A model generated the notes under the pieces. The model was not told the DNA's origin, made no database searches, and saw nothing but the letters and a program-made list of their open reading frames with translations. A stretch of 64,000 nucleotides of DNA from Thermoplasmata archaeon (GTDB lineage Archaea > Thermoplasmatota > Thermoplasmata > Thermoplasmatales > GCA-001856825): assembly GCA_021792255.1 (NCBI GenBank), contig JAJYUZ010000001.1, positions 320,001 through 384,000 on the forward strand. Direction: 5' to 3'. A program made the position numbers and the translations under genes. Shown here piece after piece: positions 31,170-41,022 of this stretch (within the stretch, counting starts at the first letter, position 1; every line of letters begins with the position of its first letter).

Positions 31170-31601
31170 ATGCCTACATACGTTTTGGATTCTAAATGCA
31201 AAGGAAATGGCAAATGTGAAGAAATCTGCCCCAGTGACATCATGCGGCTGGATCGTGAGACAAACAAGGCCTACAACGTAGAGCCTGATATGTGCTGGGA
31301 ATGTTTCTCCTGCGTAAAAGCATGCCCTGAGAACGCTATAAGCGTGCGTCCGTATGCAGATTATGGGCCACTGGGCTCGGAAATATCTGTCAAGAGGGAC
31401 GAGGAAAGAAACGACATTAAATGGGATATCGTCTACCGGGATCAAAGGAAGAAGCATTTTGAGTTTGCAATCAGAACTACTACATGGGGTTCTATAAATA
31501 TTGAGGAAAAGGAAGTTAGAGATCTTGATGGTGAAGAGCTTGCCGGCGAGCCACAGATGCTTTTCACTGGAAAGCCTCTACCGGTTATTGAAAGGAAATG
31601 A
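31170..31601 (+). CDS. aprB: Adenylylsulfate (APS) reductase beta subunit
   Basis: MPTYV, KAYNVEPDMCWECFSCVKACP, FAIRTTTWGSI. Confidence 0.93.
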   Translation: MPTYVLDSKCKGNGKCEEICPSDIMRLDRETNKAYNVEPDMCWECFSCVKACPENAISVRPYADYGPLGSEISVKRDEERNDIKWDIVYRDQRKKHFEFAIRTTTWGSINIEEKEVRDLDGEELAGEPQMLFTGKPLPVIERK

Positions 31602-31616
31602 GGGGAGGTGATCTAA

Positions 31617-33449
31617 ATGTTGATAAAAAGGGTGGATTCTGATATCCTGATTATAGGTGGTGGAATGGCAGGCTGCGGTGCTGCATACGAAGCAAGAAAA
31701 TGGGGAAAGAATCTCAAGATTATAATAGTGGAGAAAGCAAACATCGATAGGAGTGGCGCTGTTGCAATGGGGCTTTCGGCAATAAATACCTATCTCGGAA
31801 TGCGATGGAACGAGAACACTCCAGAAGATTACGTAAGCTACGTTAGAGGAGACCTGATGGGCATAATAAGAGAGGATCTTGTATATGATATTGGAAGGCA
31901 CGTGGATTCCAGCGTCCACCTCTTTGAAGAGTGGGGCCTCCCCATCGTAAAATCTGAGGAGACAGGCAGATACACCCGGGAAGGCAGATGGCAGGTTCTG
32001 ATTCATGGAGAGAGCTATAAGCCTATAGTGGCAGAGGCTGCTAAGAAAGCAGCTACCGAAGTAATCAACAGAGTGATGGTCACACGCCTCCTAAAGGATC
32101 CGAATGATCCAAACAGGATATCAGGAGCCGTAGGTTTTGATGTCAGAGATGGATCTATGTATGTTTTCAGGAGTAAGGCTGTGATCCTTGCTGCTGGAGG
32201 AGCCACACACATATTCAGGCCACGCTCTGTCGGTGAAGGCTGGGGTAGAACGTGGTACTCTCCATGGAGCAGTGGATCTGCCTATGGATTGGCCATTGAG
32301 GCTGGGGCCAAGATGGTTCAGATGGAAATAAGACTCGTTCCGACAAGATTCAAGGATGGTTATGGGCCAGTCGGTGCCTGGTTTCTTTACATAAAGTCAA
32401 AAGCAACTAACGCGCTCGGAGAGAGCTACGATACAAACAGGGAAAAGCTTAGAAAGAAATACGGAAAATACGCTGATGTAAAACCCATTCCTACCTGCCT
32501 CAGGAACGACCTTATGCTCGATGAGATCAGGCAGGGAAAATCGCCGATTCTTATGCATACGGAAGACGCTCTTGACTCAAGAGATAAGGAGGAGGCTGGA
32601 TGGGAGGACTTCTTGGATATGACTGTTAGTCAGGCACTGGTGTGGGCATCACAAAATATCGATCCCAAGGAGAAGCCCTCAGAACTTGTTGTAACTGAAC
32701 CTTATATAATGGGATCCCACGCGGTAAATGCAGGTACCTGGGTCAGTGGTCCGCCAGGAATCGCACCAAAAGAATATTCTTGGGGGTACAACAGGATGAC
32801 CGTGATTATAGGGCTTTTTGCCGCGGGAGATGCTGCAGGCGGTGCTGCACACAAGTTTTCCTCTGGGTCCTTTGCAGAGGGAAGAATAGCAGGCAAGAAT
32901 GCTGTTAGATACCTGAGAGATAATAATCCCAAGCTTTCGGAGATGGATGATGAAGCTATAGAATCCTTCAAGTCTGAAATCTTTGCACCGTTTGAAAATT
33001 ATAATCTTGGCCGCAGTTTTATCACTAAGAAGGGAGTGGTATCACCATATTACCTGCTTCCATCCCAGGGGCTTAAACGTCTTGAGAAGATCATGGATGA
33101 ATATTCGGCAGGAGTATCATCGGACTACACGACAAATGCCGTTGCAATGAGAAGAGGTCTGGAATTGCTTGATATGCTTCAGGAGGATCTGCCACTTCTA
33201 GGAGCTGAAGATATTCACCAACTGCAGCGCGCCTGGGAATTGCACCATAGGGTTATGACAGCCCAGGCTGTAATGAGGCACACGCTCTTCAGGGAAGAAA
33301 CGAGATGGCCTGGGTATTATTACAGATCAGACTTTCCGCAGATTGACGATATGAACTGGCACGTATTTGTAGTCTCAAAATATGACAGCAAATCCAATAA
33401 ATGGGAGTTTGAGAAGATCCCAGTCATACATATTATAGGGGACAGCTAA
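31617..33449 (+). CDS. aprA: Adenylylsulfate (APS) reductase alpha subunit
   Basis: GGGMAGCG, RSGAVAMGLSAINTY, IHGESYKPIVAEAA, RFKDGYGPVGAWFL, HKFSSGS, REETRWPGYYYRSDFP. Confidence 0.96.
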   Translation: MLIKRVDSDILIIGGGMAGCGAAYEARKWGKNLKIIIVEKANIDRSGAVAMGLSAINTYLGMRWNENTPEDYVSYVRGDLMGIIREDLVYDIGRHVDSSVHLFEEWGLPIVKSEETGRYTREGRWQVLIHGESYKPIVAEAAKKAATEVINRVMVTRLLKDPNDPNRISGAVGFDVRDGSMYVFRSKAVILAAGGATHIFRPRSVGEGWGRTWYSPWSSGSAYGLAIEAGAKMVQMEIRLVPTRFKDGYGPVGAWFLYIKSKATNALGESYDTNREKLRKKYGKYADVKPIPTCLRNDLMLDEIRQGKSPILMHTEDALDSRDKEEAGWEDFLDMTVSQALVWASQNIDPKEKPSELVVTEPYIMGSHAVNAGTWVSGPPGIAPKEYSWGYNRMTVIIGLFAAGDAAGGAAHKFSSGSFAEGRIAGKNAVRYLRDNNPKLSEMDDEAIESFKSEIFAPFENYNLGRSFITKKGVVSPYYLLPSQGLKRLEKIMDEYSAGVSSDYTTNAVAMRRGLELLDMLQEDLPLLGAEDIHQLQRAWELHHRVMTAQAVMRHTLFREETRWPGYYYRSDFPQIDDMNWHVFVVSKYDSKSNKWEFEKIPVIHIIGDS

Positions 33450-33713
33450 GTACATAGCCTACAGGTGACACGGTGGTGCTGAGATCATTGAAAGCGTTGA
33501 CGTAGCAGACAGGTTCATGGAGGCAGGGCGGCCCTCGTAAATGTTCCTGCACCTCCTGTTTCTGGATATCCTGAGAGATGTGCACGTTTATCATTTATTA
33601 ATCTATAATTCTTTCAATTCTGCATAATATGTAGGTCTAATTCCTCCATTATCTTCCTTGATTTCTTTAATTCCTTTTAGGCAAAAATTAGGGATTCAAT
33701 TACGTTTCACAAG

Positions 33714-33788
33714 CGGGCCCGCGGGGATTTGAACCCCGGATCATTGGCTTAGAAGGCCAATGCCTTATCCAGACTAGGCCACGGGCCC
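33714..33788 (-). tRNA. tRNA-Arg(UCU), no intron, CCA not encoded
   Basis: Reverse complement folds as a cloverleaf: GGGCCCG acceptor, TTGGC-CTTCTAA-GCCAA anticodon arm, GGTTCAAATCC T-arm. Confidence 0.96.
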
Positions 33789-33916
33789 CGATGTTGATTC
33801 CAATGGCAATTGCGATACCATTATTATTTTTTCCTCGTGATCCTTGGTTGAATTCAATCCCCTCTTTGTATTATATCCATCGCTTGGTTTTTTAAGGTCC
33901 ACCTCATACCGACATA

Positions 33917-34507
33917 ATGAAACCAGGCCTCCTTATTGCAGTAGCGAGACACGGTCAAACGGACTCCAATGTCAAAGGATTGTGGGTAGGCAATGGAGAC
34001 GACCCACTCAACGAGACGGGAAAAGAACAAGCCCGAAGGCTTGCCAAATCACTCACTAGTTACAATTTTGATTTCATCGTCTCGAGTGACAAGAGAAGAT
34101 CCATACAGACCGCTGAAATAGTCTCAGGGGCGATCGGCGTCCCATTCTATGGACAGCGTAAGGATCTTAGAGACAGAGATTACGGAGCAATGGAGGGACT
34201 GACGACCGATCAGATCAGAGAAAGGTATGGAGTGGAGATGAAATCTCTCTCTAGGGAAATAGACGACCTGGGCGCTTCTGAAACTGTTGCCTCGGTCTTA
34301 AAGAGAGTAAAAGAGTTCGCCGATATTGTAAGAAATAATTTCGATGGCAAAAAAATAATCGTGATAACACATGGGGCATTTATCAGGTCTTTTTACGAAA
34401 TGTACGTTCATGAGTCCGATAATCTAAGATTCACGAACTGTTCTCACTTTATAGTTCGACTGCTGGAGGGCGAGACTGAACTCGTCGAGGACTTGCAGAC
34501 AATCTGA
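33917..34507 (+). CDS. Histidine phosphatase (phosphoglycerate mutase-like)
   Basis: RHGQT, LNETGKEQA, THG motifs. Confidence 0.9.
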   Translation: MKPGLLIAVARHGQTDSNVKGLWVGNGDDPLNETGKEQARRLAKSLTSYNFDFIVSSDKRRSIQTAEIVSGAIGVPFYGQRKDLRDRDYGAMEGLTTDQIRERYGVEMKSLSREIDDLGASETVASVLKRVKEFADIVRNNFDGKKIIVITHGAFIRSFYEMYVHESDNLRFTNCSHFIVRLLEGETELVEDLQTI

Positions 34508-34562
34508 TTTTCTGTTTTAAATTCTCCAGTGAATGATAAATACTGAGACAAGATTGAGAACT

Positions 34563-34857
34563 GGTAGTCCCAGGATGGCCGTCGCCAGATATGGTGAGGA
34601 AAGTCCTCCCTCCGGGTAGCAATCTGGATAAAACCCTGGTCGAGAGACCAGCTCTTCCTCAAAAGAAATGACACAGTTTCGGTCAAGGGTGAACCTTTAG
34701 AAGGGGACGTTCCCGAAAACTTGATGAGACAGAGGGGGTGAGATAGGAGCAAGCTCAAGCAGTTCTCATGACAGCTATCAGAGGAACAGGTAGAGCGCAA
34801 TAGTCAAATGCCATCAACCCGAAAGGGCTAACAGAAGGAGGCTTACTCGGGACAACC
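34563..34857 (+). ncRNA. rnpB: RNase P RNA
   Basis: Conserved GAGGAAAGTCC near the 5' end and AACAGAAGGAGGCTTAC near the 3' end; ends pair as P1 (GGTAGTCCC/GGGACAACC); about 295 nt. Confidence 0.93.
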
Positions 34858-34935
34858 TCTACTTTCAATGCTCCAAACTTGAAATTTATCAAAATCAGAC
34901 GTAAGTTTTATAATTCCTCATATCATAAATGGGCA

Positions 34936-35421
34936 ATGGAAGACGAAGTCTCAAACAGAACAGAAGCGCTCCTGATTGCCACAGTGACCGCCTTGGCCAA
35001 AAATGAAATCGCGGCTGCTCTATCCATCGACCCTAAGGTGGTCTCAAAGTCCCTTGGGATTCTGAAAAAGAGATACGAAAACACGTCGCTTGAATTGAAG
35101 ATGATTGGAAGAAAGTACAAAGTGGGAGTGAGGGACAAGTACAGCGACCTGGCATTCAAGTATTCTGAGAGTGAAATTAGCAAAGGTGAACTGGAGATCA
35201 TCGGCCTGCTATTCAGGAAGGGGAAGACGTACATTTCTCACGTGGAGAGACTTCGCGGAAAGAAGACTGAAGAAGAACTGGATCATCTTGGCAAGCTTGG
35301 ACTGGTGGAGATAATTCCAAGAGGAAGAAGAAGACTGGTCAAGCTCACGAGAACTTTCTTCCAGAAGTATGGCAAGGAGCTGAAAGAGAGAGTAAAGCAG
35401 GAAGAAAAGGTGCCTAGTTGA
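34936..35421 (+). CDS. scpB: SMC-Scp complex subunit ScpB
   Basis: EALL at the N-terminus, ISKGELEII, RLRG, LGLVE, LTRTFFQKYG pattern; start at MEDEV. Confidence 0.75.
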   Translation: MEDEVSNRTEALLIATVTALAKNEIAAALSIDPKVVSKSLGILKKRYENTSLELKMIGRKYKVGVRDKYSDLAFKYSESEISKGELEIIGLLFRKGKTYISHVERLRGKKTEEELDHLGKLGLVEIIPRGRRRLVKLTRTFFQKYGKELKERVKQEEKVPS

Positions 35422-36731
35422 GAGCTCTCCTGATTGGTGGAGGGGGAAGAGAGCACGCGATTGGGCTTTCTATTGTAAAATCGGGTGCTGAACTCGTCGT
35501 GATATCGGTCAATAAGAATCCAGGTCTCCAGAGAATTTCTAGGAAGATTGTCGTCGGCGACGAAAATGACAGCGAGTGGGTATTGAAAAATGCATTAAAA
35601 TTGAAACCAGACTACGTCTTCATCGGTCCAGAGGCACCACTGGCCCACGGCGTATCTGACATTCTTTTGGAGAATGGGTTCAATGTTTTTGCCCCATCTT
35701 CGACTGCCGCCAAACTCGAAACTTCCAAGGTTTATTGTCGAAAGTTCTTGTCGGAGAATAAGATAGGAGGGAATATAGAGAGCACCTCTTTCTCTGACCC
35801 AGACAGAGCTGCTGATTTCATTGACGGATTAGAGTACGATTTTGTCATAAAACCAGACGGACTCACGGGAGGGAAGGGAGTCGTGGTTCAGGGAGTTCAC
35901 TTCAGTTCGAAGGAAGATGGTGCGAAGATCGCCCGAGATTATCTTAGCTCGGGTAAGAGTGCCCTGTTGATTGAAAAAAAGATGGTGGGAGAGGAGTTCA
36001 GCCTGCAGGCGTTCGTAAAGGGAAAGAAAATTTACTTCCTTCCAATAGTTCAGGACTACAAGAGGGCTTATGAAAATGACACGGGTCCGAACACTGGAGG
36101 AATGGGATCTATATGTTATTCCGAGAGGGGTCTCCCCTTCATAGATTTTGAAACCGTTGTCAAGGCAAAGGGCATAATGGAAGAGCTGGTAGCTAAATTT
36201 GCAGAAAAAATAGTCGATTATGTTGGTCCGATATACGGAGGTTTCATTTCGACCTCAGATGGTCCGAAACTCCTAGAAATAAATGCGAGGCTTGGGGACC
36301 CAGAGGCTATGAACGTCTTATCCCTCATGGAGAACTCTATGATGGACGTTGCCATAATGATGCTACACGACAGAGAAATAAATCCCGAATTCAGGAACAG
36401 AATCAATGTGCTGAGATATCTTGTACCAAAGGGATATGGAAGCAAACCTGAGCCTTCCGCAATTCAGATGGACGAAGAGGAAATTCTTCTAAAGGATTTG
36501 AAGATTTATTATGCTTCTGTACACCTAAAGGGGAAACATCTGGAGCAAACAAATTCTCGTTCCATTGCTCTGGTCTCCGAAGGTAATGACTTGAGAGAAA
36601 TTTCAAGAAGATTTGATGGGCTTTCGCCTCTATTGAGGGGAAGCTATTACATGAGAAATGACATAGGAACCGAAAAGATGATTGAAGACAAGAAGAATTT
36701 TATGAGCAGAGTCATGGCTGGAATAGCCTGA
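35418..36731 (+). CDS. purD: Phosphoribosylamine-glycine ligase
   Basis: GGGGREHA, GPEAPL, QDYKR, GPNTGGMG, EINARLGDPE. Confidence 0.96.
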   Translation: MRALLIGGGGREHAIGLSIVKSGAELVVISVNKNPGLQRISRKIVVGDENDSEWVLKNALKLKPDYVFIGPEAPLAHGVSDILLENGFNVFAPSSTAAKLETSKVYCRKFLSENKIGGNIESTSFSDPDRAADFIDGLEYDFVIKPDGLTGGKGVVVQGVHFSSKEDGAKIARDYLSSGKSALLIEKKMVGEEFSLQAFVKGKKIYFLPIVQDYKRAYENDTGPNTGGMGSICYSERGLPFIDFETVVKAKGIMEELVAKFAEKIVDYVGPIYGGFISTSDGPKLLEINARLGDPEAMNVLSLMENSMMDVAIMMLHDREINPEFRNRINVLRYLVPKGYGSKPEPSAIQMDEEEILLKDLKIYYASVHLKGKHLEQTNSRSIALVSEGNDLREISRRFDGLSPLLRGSYYMRNDIGTEKMIEDKKNFMSRVMAGIA

Positions 36732-37314
36732 AGTGGATGAGTTCCAGCACCCCAGGAACCGTAATTTCCCTTTCGTGAATTGAGAATTTCCTCAGACTTC
36801 CCATATTTGACACGAAATCACCATTAGGGAACCCACCAATTATGAGGTTGGACTGATCGGTGATGACGAGACCGGGATTTCCCCTTGGATGAAGGACTGC
36901 AGCGCTTCCAATAATTCCCTTGCTTTCTAGATAATCCATAAGACTCGTTCTCTTTTCACGCTCGATCAGTATTCTTTCCACACGCTCCACAAACTCTGGA
37001 TATCCGGCACCAAAATTTCCAAAGTCTGATTTTTCTATGATTGTGTTATTTTTTGTGTGGATGGCATACTCCAGATCGATAGAGTCGTTGAGTGGCGATT
37101 CTTCATTTATCCTGACGAACTCATAAGCGATGTCTGGAAAACCTATTCTGCGCACTTCATTTGGGAAGTGTCTCTTGATAGAATCCCTCATAAGATAATT
37201 ATCGAGAATCGCCGTCTCCTTACCCATTCTCTTCAGCAAATCCCTGACTTCTTTGTCATCACGCATCCGTTCCGGAACGAGCTCTAGTTCTGCATCTGCC
37301 AAAACGATGAACAT
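36712..37314 (-). CDS. nep1: Nep1/Emg1-like SPOUT methyltransferase, divergent
   Basis: LADAELELVP, ILD, PDI, SPLN, IHT, IIGGFPNGDF. Confidence 0.7.
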   Translation of the reverse strand: MFIVLADAELELVPERMRDDKEVRDLLKRMGKETAILDNYLMRDSIKRHFPNEVRRIGFPDIAYEFVRINEESPLNDSIDLEYAIHTKNNTIIEKSDFGNFGAGYPEFVERVERILIEREKRTSLMDYLESKGIIGSAAVLHPRGNPGLVITDQSNLIIGGFPNGDFVSNMGSLRKFSIHEREITVPGVLELIHFRLFQP

Positions 37315-37601
37315 TATCCAAAAATAGAACCAAAGCTATCGTTTACGCTCTGTCTTTCCTTCTCGATCAACTCTTCCACTTTCTTTGCCTTTTCCTTATC
37401 TATCTTCTCCGATATCTTGTTCAGCTCCTCTCTTGCGACTTTCAGTCGCTCTTCTAACCCTTCTAGTATGAGGTACTGGAAACCCTCCTCTCCAAACATT
37501 GAAGAGTCTTTAATTGTGATTGAAAGCCTGAATACTTGGTCCATGGCCAGAATCTTTTCCATATCGGCTTTCTTAGCTAGTGGAATCTTGTAAACGTCCA
37601 T
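37314..37601 (-). CDS. Small charged hypothetical protein
   Basis: 95-aa ORF whose stop overlaps the nep1 start; ends FGSIFG. Confidence 0.75.
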   Translation of the reverse strand: MDVYKIPLAKKADMEKILAMDQVFRLSITIKDSSMFGEEGFQYLILEGLEERLKVAREELNKISEKIDKEKAKKVEELIEKERQSVNDSFGSIFG

Positions 37602-37624
37602 ACTACCTCAGGAGTAATCCCTAA

Positions 37625-39100
37625 TTATCCTTTTTCCAGCCGTTTCACCCAGTTCTTTCTAGACAGGACTATTAAGGAAATCGTCACCGCGACCAGCGCA
37701 GTTAGAGAAATTACCAGGGCTATAAGGGGGTTTTGACTTGTGCCCCTCTGGTAGGGGACAATTGATAGAGACAGGGACTGAGTACCATTCCCGCTGGTCC
37801 CAAACGAGATTATAGTTTCGTTGGCGGTACGGGTGACAGTATAGTTAGTGTCCTTCTCTACCACTCCATTGAGTGAGAACTTAGAAACTGTAAAGTTTCC
37901 CTGAATTACAACGACGATTTTTTGGGTCCCATTCTGGGTGAACTGAAACATCAAGTTCCCGTGATCGAACGAAAGGTTCTGGTATGTGACGTTCGGAGAA
38001 AATGGAATGAAGTACGCCTGGTTATCGATAAATATCTCGGTCGAAGCGTTTCCAAGCACATTATTGCTCTGACTTGGTCCACTGGTCGTCTGGACCGAAG
38101 GCAAGAACCTGACCACCACGAAACTGATTGGAGAATTCACGACTAGGGTGGAGTTATTGAGTGAGGCTCCGCCATAGACGTCCACATATCCGAGAATTCT
38201 GAACCCATTTTGAATTTTGAATATGTGTTCTTCACTCATTGAAATTGGCCAGTGGGACGATGGATCCTCACTCGAGCCCCCGTTTCCGGATTGGCCGTCT
38301 TCCCTGTATCCGAAATGGAAGCCTTCTGCCAGTTTGATATCGATTGAAGTGTTAAACCCGTCGAGATAGATCAACGGGAAAAGACCATCCGAGACGAACA
38401 TTCCCACATTTCCTTTGGTTGTCAGGCTCTGCGTGTTGAAAGAAAGGGAGGCGCTGCCTGAGCTAGAGATCTTCGATATGACTGACACCGCAGATTGTCT
38501 GTTTATGAGCGAATAATTATTGATCTGACCGGCGGAATAGTAAAAACTCGAATAATTTCCATAATAATTATCTCCACTTGATTGGAAACTGTTCTCGATA
38601 TAGTTGTAGTCTGATAATGGGCAGTTTATGTACGAAATTGACAGTTCGCCCATATTAGCAGAACTATTGATCACTATGAGATTTCCTGATTCAGAAATTT
38701 GACCATTTGTGACTAACATTCCGAGATAATTTGTTTGATAAAAATACACATATTCCATTTGGGAGAATGCATAATCGAAAGCGCCTATTCCGGAGTACGA
38801 TAGCGCGGGTACAATGGTGACCGTTCCGGTCCCCTGCCAGAAGAGAGGCATCATTTTGTCTTCACTAACGTAAGGCATATCCATAGAAAGGGAGAATCCA
38901 GAAACGTTGAAGTAGTTGAATACCTCAATGGTCTGACTGTTTACTTGTACGGAAAAATCTGAAATACCATTGGATGTCGTGTTGAAAGTATCGTATGCGC
39001 TTGCTGTACCATCAACGGAACCGCTGGCCTGTACTACACCAGTCAAGCCCGATAACAGCATCAGTGAGATGAGAAATACGACGGCAAACAGGTATTTCAT
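37625..39100 (-). CDS. Secreted, C-terminally anchored surface protein
   Basis: Signal peptide, many N-x-S/T sequons, C-terminal TM and basic tail. Confidence 0.75.
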   Translation of the reverse strand: MKYLFAVVFLISLMLLSGLTGVVQASGSVDGTASAYDTFNTTSNGISDFSVQVNSQTIEVFNYFNVSGFSLSMDMPYVSEDKMMPLFWQGTGTVTIVPALSYSGIGAFDYAFSQMEYVYFYQTNYLGMLVTNGQISESGNLIVINSSANMGELSISYINCPLSDYNYIENSFQSSGDNYYGNYSSFYYSAGQINNYSLINRQSAVSVISKISSSGSASLSFNTQSLTTKGNVGMFVSDGLFPLIYLDGFNTSIDIKLAEGFHFGYREDGQSGNGGSSEDPSSHWPISMSEEHIFKIQNGFRILGYVDVYGGASLNNSTLVVNSPISFVVVRFLPSVQTTSGPSQSNNVLGNASTEIFIDNQAYFIPFSPNVTYQNLSFDHGNLMFQFTQNGTQKIVVVIQGNFTVSKFSLNGVVEKDTNYTVTRTANETIISFGTSGNGTQSLSLSIVPYQRGTSQNPLIALVISLTALVAVTISLIVLSRKNWVKRLEKG

Positions 39101-39203
39101 TTATTTTGTAGTATAAGTCTATATTAAAGGAATTTGATACAAATTTCGAAATCGATTAAGAAGAGTTATTATTTGTTGCTCAAATTAAGGAGAAGGTGAG
39201 ATT

Positions 39204-40064
39204 GTGCCTGGAACTATCAAGGTTAATGAACCAACCCCTAAATCCCCAGTAGATTTTAAACTCAGTACCGAAGATGAGAGTGTCAAAAATATAGGTAATG
39301 TAATAGTTGTAATGAGCGGGAAAGGAGGCGTGGGTAAATCAACTGTTTCGGCAAATCTAGCAGTTGAATTGTCGACGAGAGGTTATCAAGTAGGTCTGGT
39401 AGACGCAGACATGCACGGACCTGATATACCACAGATGCTGGGACTGGTAGATGACAAACCAGTAATGGATGAAAACAAGAAGATAATTCCAGTCAGTTAC
39501 AGCAACAATTTGAAAGTGATTTCGATAGAATACTTCCTGCCGTCGAGGGATACTCCGGTGATCTGGAGAGGAGCACTTAAGCACAAGATGATTCAACAAT
39601 TCGTAAAGGACATGGCCTGGGGAAAACTCGACTTTCTGATTTTCGACCTTCCTCCAGGAACGGGAGATGAACCCCTGTCAATTGTCCAGATAATTCCAAA
39701 GATAACGGGATTTGTGATTGTTGGAACACCACAAGAAGTGGCGATGATTGACGTCAAGAAAGCTATCAATTTCGCCAAACAACTTAACACGCCGGTGATT
39801 GGTCTAATAGAAAACATGAGTGGATTTATTTGCCCTCACTGTGGAAAAACCACGTACATTTTTAAAGAGGGGACCGGAGAGAAAGTCTCTAAGGAGTTCG
39901 GAATAAACTTCCTCGGCTCAATACCCCTGGAAGCGTCCGTAGTGGAAGACGGGGACGACGGAACTCCGATGATACTTTCGCACCCCGAAAGCGACAGTTC
40001 AAAGAGCTTCAAGACCGTTGTCGATAACGTTCTGAAGTACGCCGGAATCCCCAAGAAACTTTAA
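39204..40064 (+). CDS. Mrp/NBP35 (ApbC) Fe-S cluster carrier ATPase
   Basis: SGKGGVGKST, DADMHGP, PVIWRG, DLPPGTGD, ENMS..CPHC. Confidence 0.94.
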   Translation: MPGTIKVNEPTPKSPVDFKLSTEDESVKNIGNVIVVMSGKGGVGKSTVSANLAVELSTRGYQVGLVDADMHGPDIPQMLGLVDDKPVMDENKKIIPVSYSNNLKVISIEYFLPSRDTPVIWRGALKHKMIQQFVKDMAWGKLDFLIFDLPPGTGDEPLSIVQIIPKITGFVIVGTPQEVAMIDVKKAINFAKQLNTPVIGLIENMSGFICPHCGKTTYIFKEGTGEKVSKEFGINFLGSIPLEASVVEDGDDGTPMILSHPESDSSKSFKTVVDNVLKYAGIPKKL

Positions 40065-40101
40065 CAGGCATAGTCCCATAAAATAAACAAGAAGGCTCCA
40101 G

Positions 40102-41022
40102 ATGAAAATTAGGACGGAGAGTCTTTCAAAGACTTACGACAAGAAAAACCAAGCACTAAGAGAGCTGTCTTTGGATCTAAATCTTAACGGGATATTCTCG
40201 ATCATAGGTAGGAATGGTGCTGGAAAGACTACACTCATTAGGATATTATCAACTGAGCTGATGCCCACCTCTGGTAAGGGGTTCATAAACGATTTGGACG
40301 TAGTAGAAAAGGCAGAGGTCGTGAGACAGGAAATTGCAATAGTCCCGCAGGAGGCACGTCCACTACCATGGCTAACGCCGTTACAAACCGTAAGTTCGTA
40401 CCTAATGTGGAGGGGGTATTCGTACAGAGAAGCCAAAGAAAAAGGGAAAGAGGCCCTGCGGGAGCTTGGATTGGAAGGAAAGGAAGGAGAAAAGAGCAGG
40501 AAACTCTCCGGCGGACAGAAAAGGAAACTGATGGTAGCGACCGTAATCTCGAGCGAAGCTCCAGTTGTATTCCTTGACGAACCGACGACCGGACTCGACT
40601 ATCTGTCGAGGAAAGAACTCTGGCAGCTGCTATCTAAGATGAAGAAAGATAGGTCGATCATACTGACAACCCACTACCTAGAGGAGGCGGAGATATTGGG
40701 TGACCAAATAATGATACTGGATCAAGGTAAACTCGTCGATATCGGAGGCATAGATCATCTCAGATCGAAAGTTAAATTGCCTTACGTGCTCAAGGTACAT
40801 TCTGGAAATTTTAAGATAGAGGATGATGAAGTTCAAGTTCAACCTGTGTCTGAGAAAGAAACGTTCGTTTATGGCTCCGCTTCAAAGATCTATGGGCTCG
40901 TTCCGTATTTGTTGACAAACAAGATGAAATTCACGGTTGAAGAGGCCTCTCTAAGTGATATATTTGAACAATACCTTGGCAACGAGGAGGAGGGTGGAAA
41001 CGATGAAAAGGAGGATTGGTAG
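40102..41022 (+). CDS. ABC transporter ATP-binding protein
   Basis: GRNGAGKT, LSGGQ, LDEPTTG. Confidence 0.93.
   Translation: MKIRTESLSKTYDKKNQALRELSLDLNLNGIFSIIGRNGAGKTTLIRILSTELMPTSGKGFINDLDVVEKAEVVRQEIAIVPQEARPLPWLTPLQTVSSYLMWRGYSYREAKEKGKEALRELGLEGKEGEKSRKLSGGQKRKLMVATVISSEAPVVFLDEPTTGLDYLSRKELWQLLSKMKKDRSIILTTHYLEEAEILGDQIMILDQGKLVDIGGIDHLRSKVKLPYVLKVHSGNFKIEDDEVQVQPVSEKETFVYGSASKIYGLVPYLLTNKMKFTVEEASLSDIFEQYLGNEEEGGNDEKEDW

Noticed and set aside
30668-33713. att-site duplication of the tRNA-Arg(UCU) 3' end bounding aprBA
   Set aside because: No copy of the tRNA 3' sequence found on the far side; the same check failed downstream of tRNA-Arg(GCG).
34444-34800. 118-aa minus-strand ORF
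   Set aside because: Antisense to the RNase P RNA gene.
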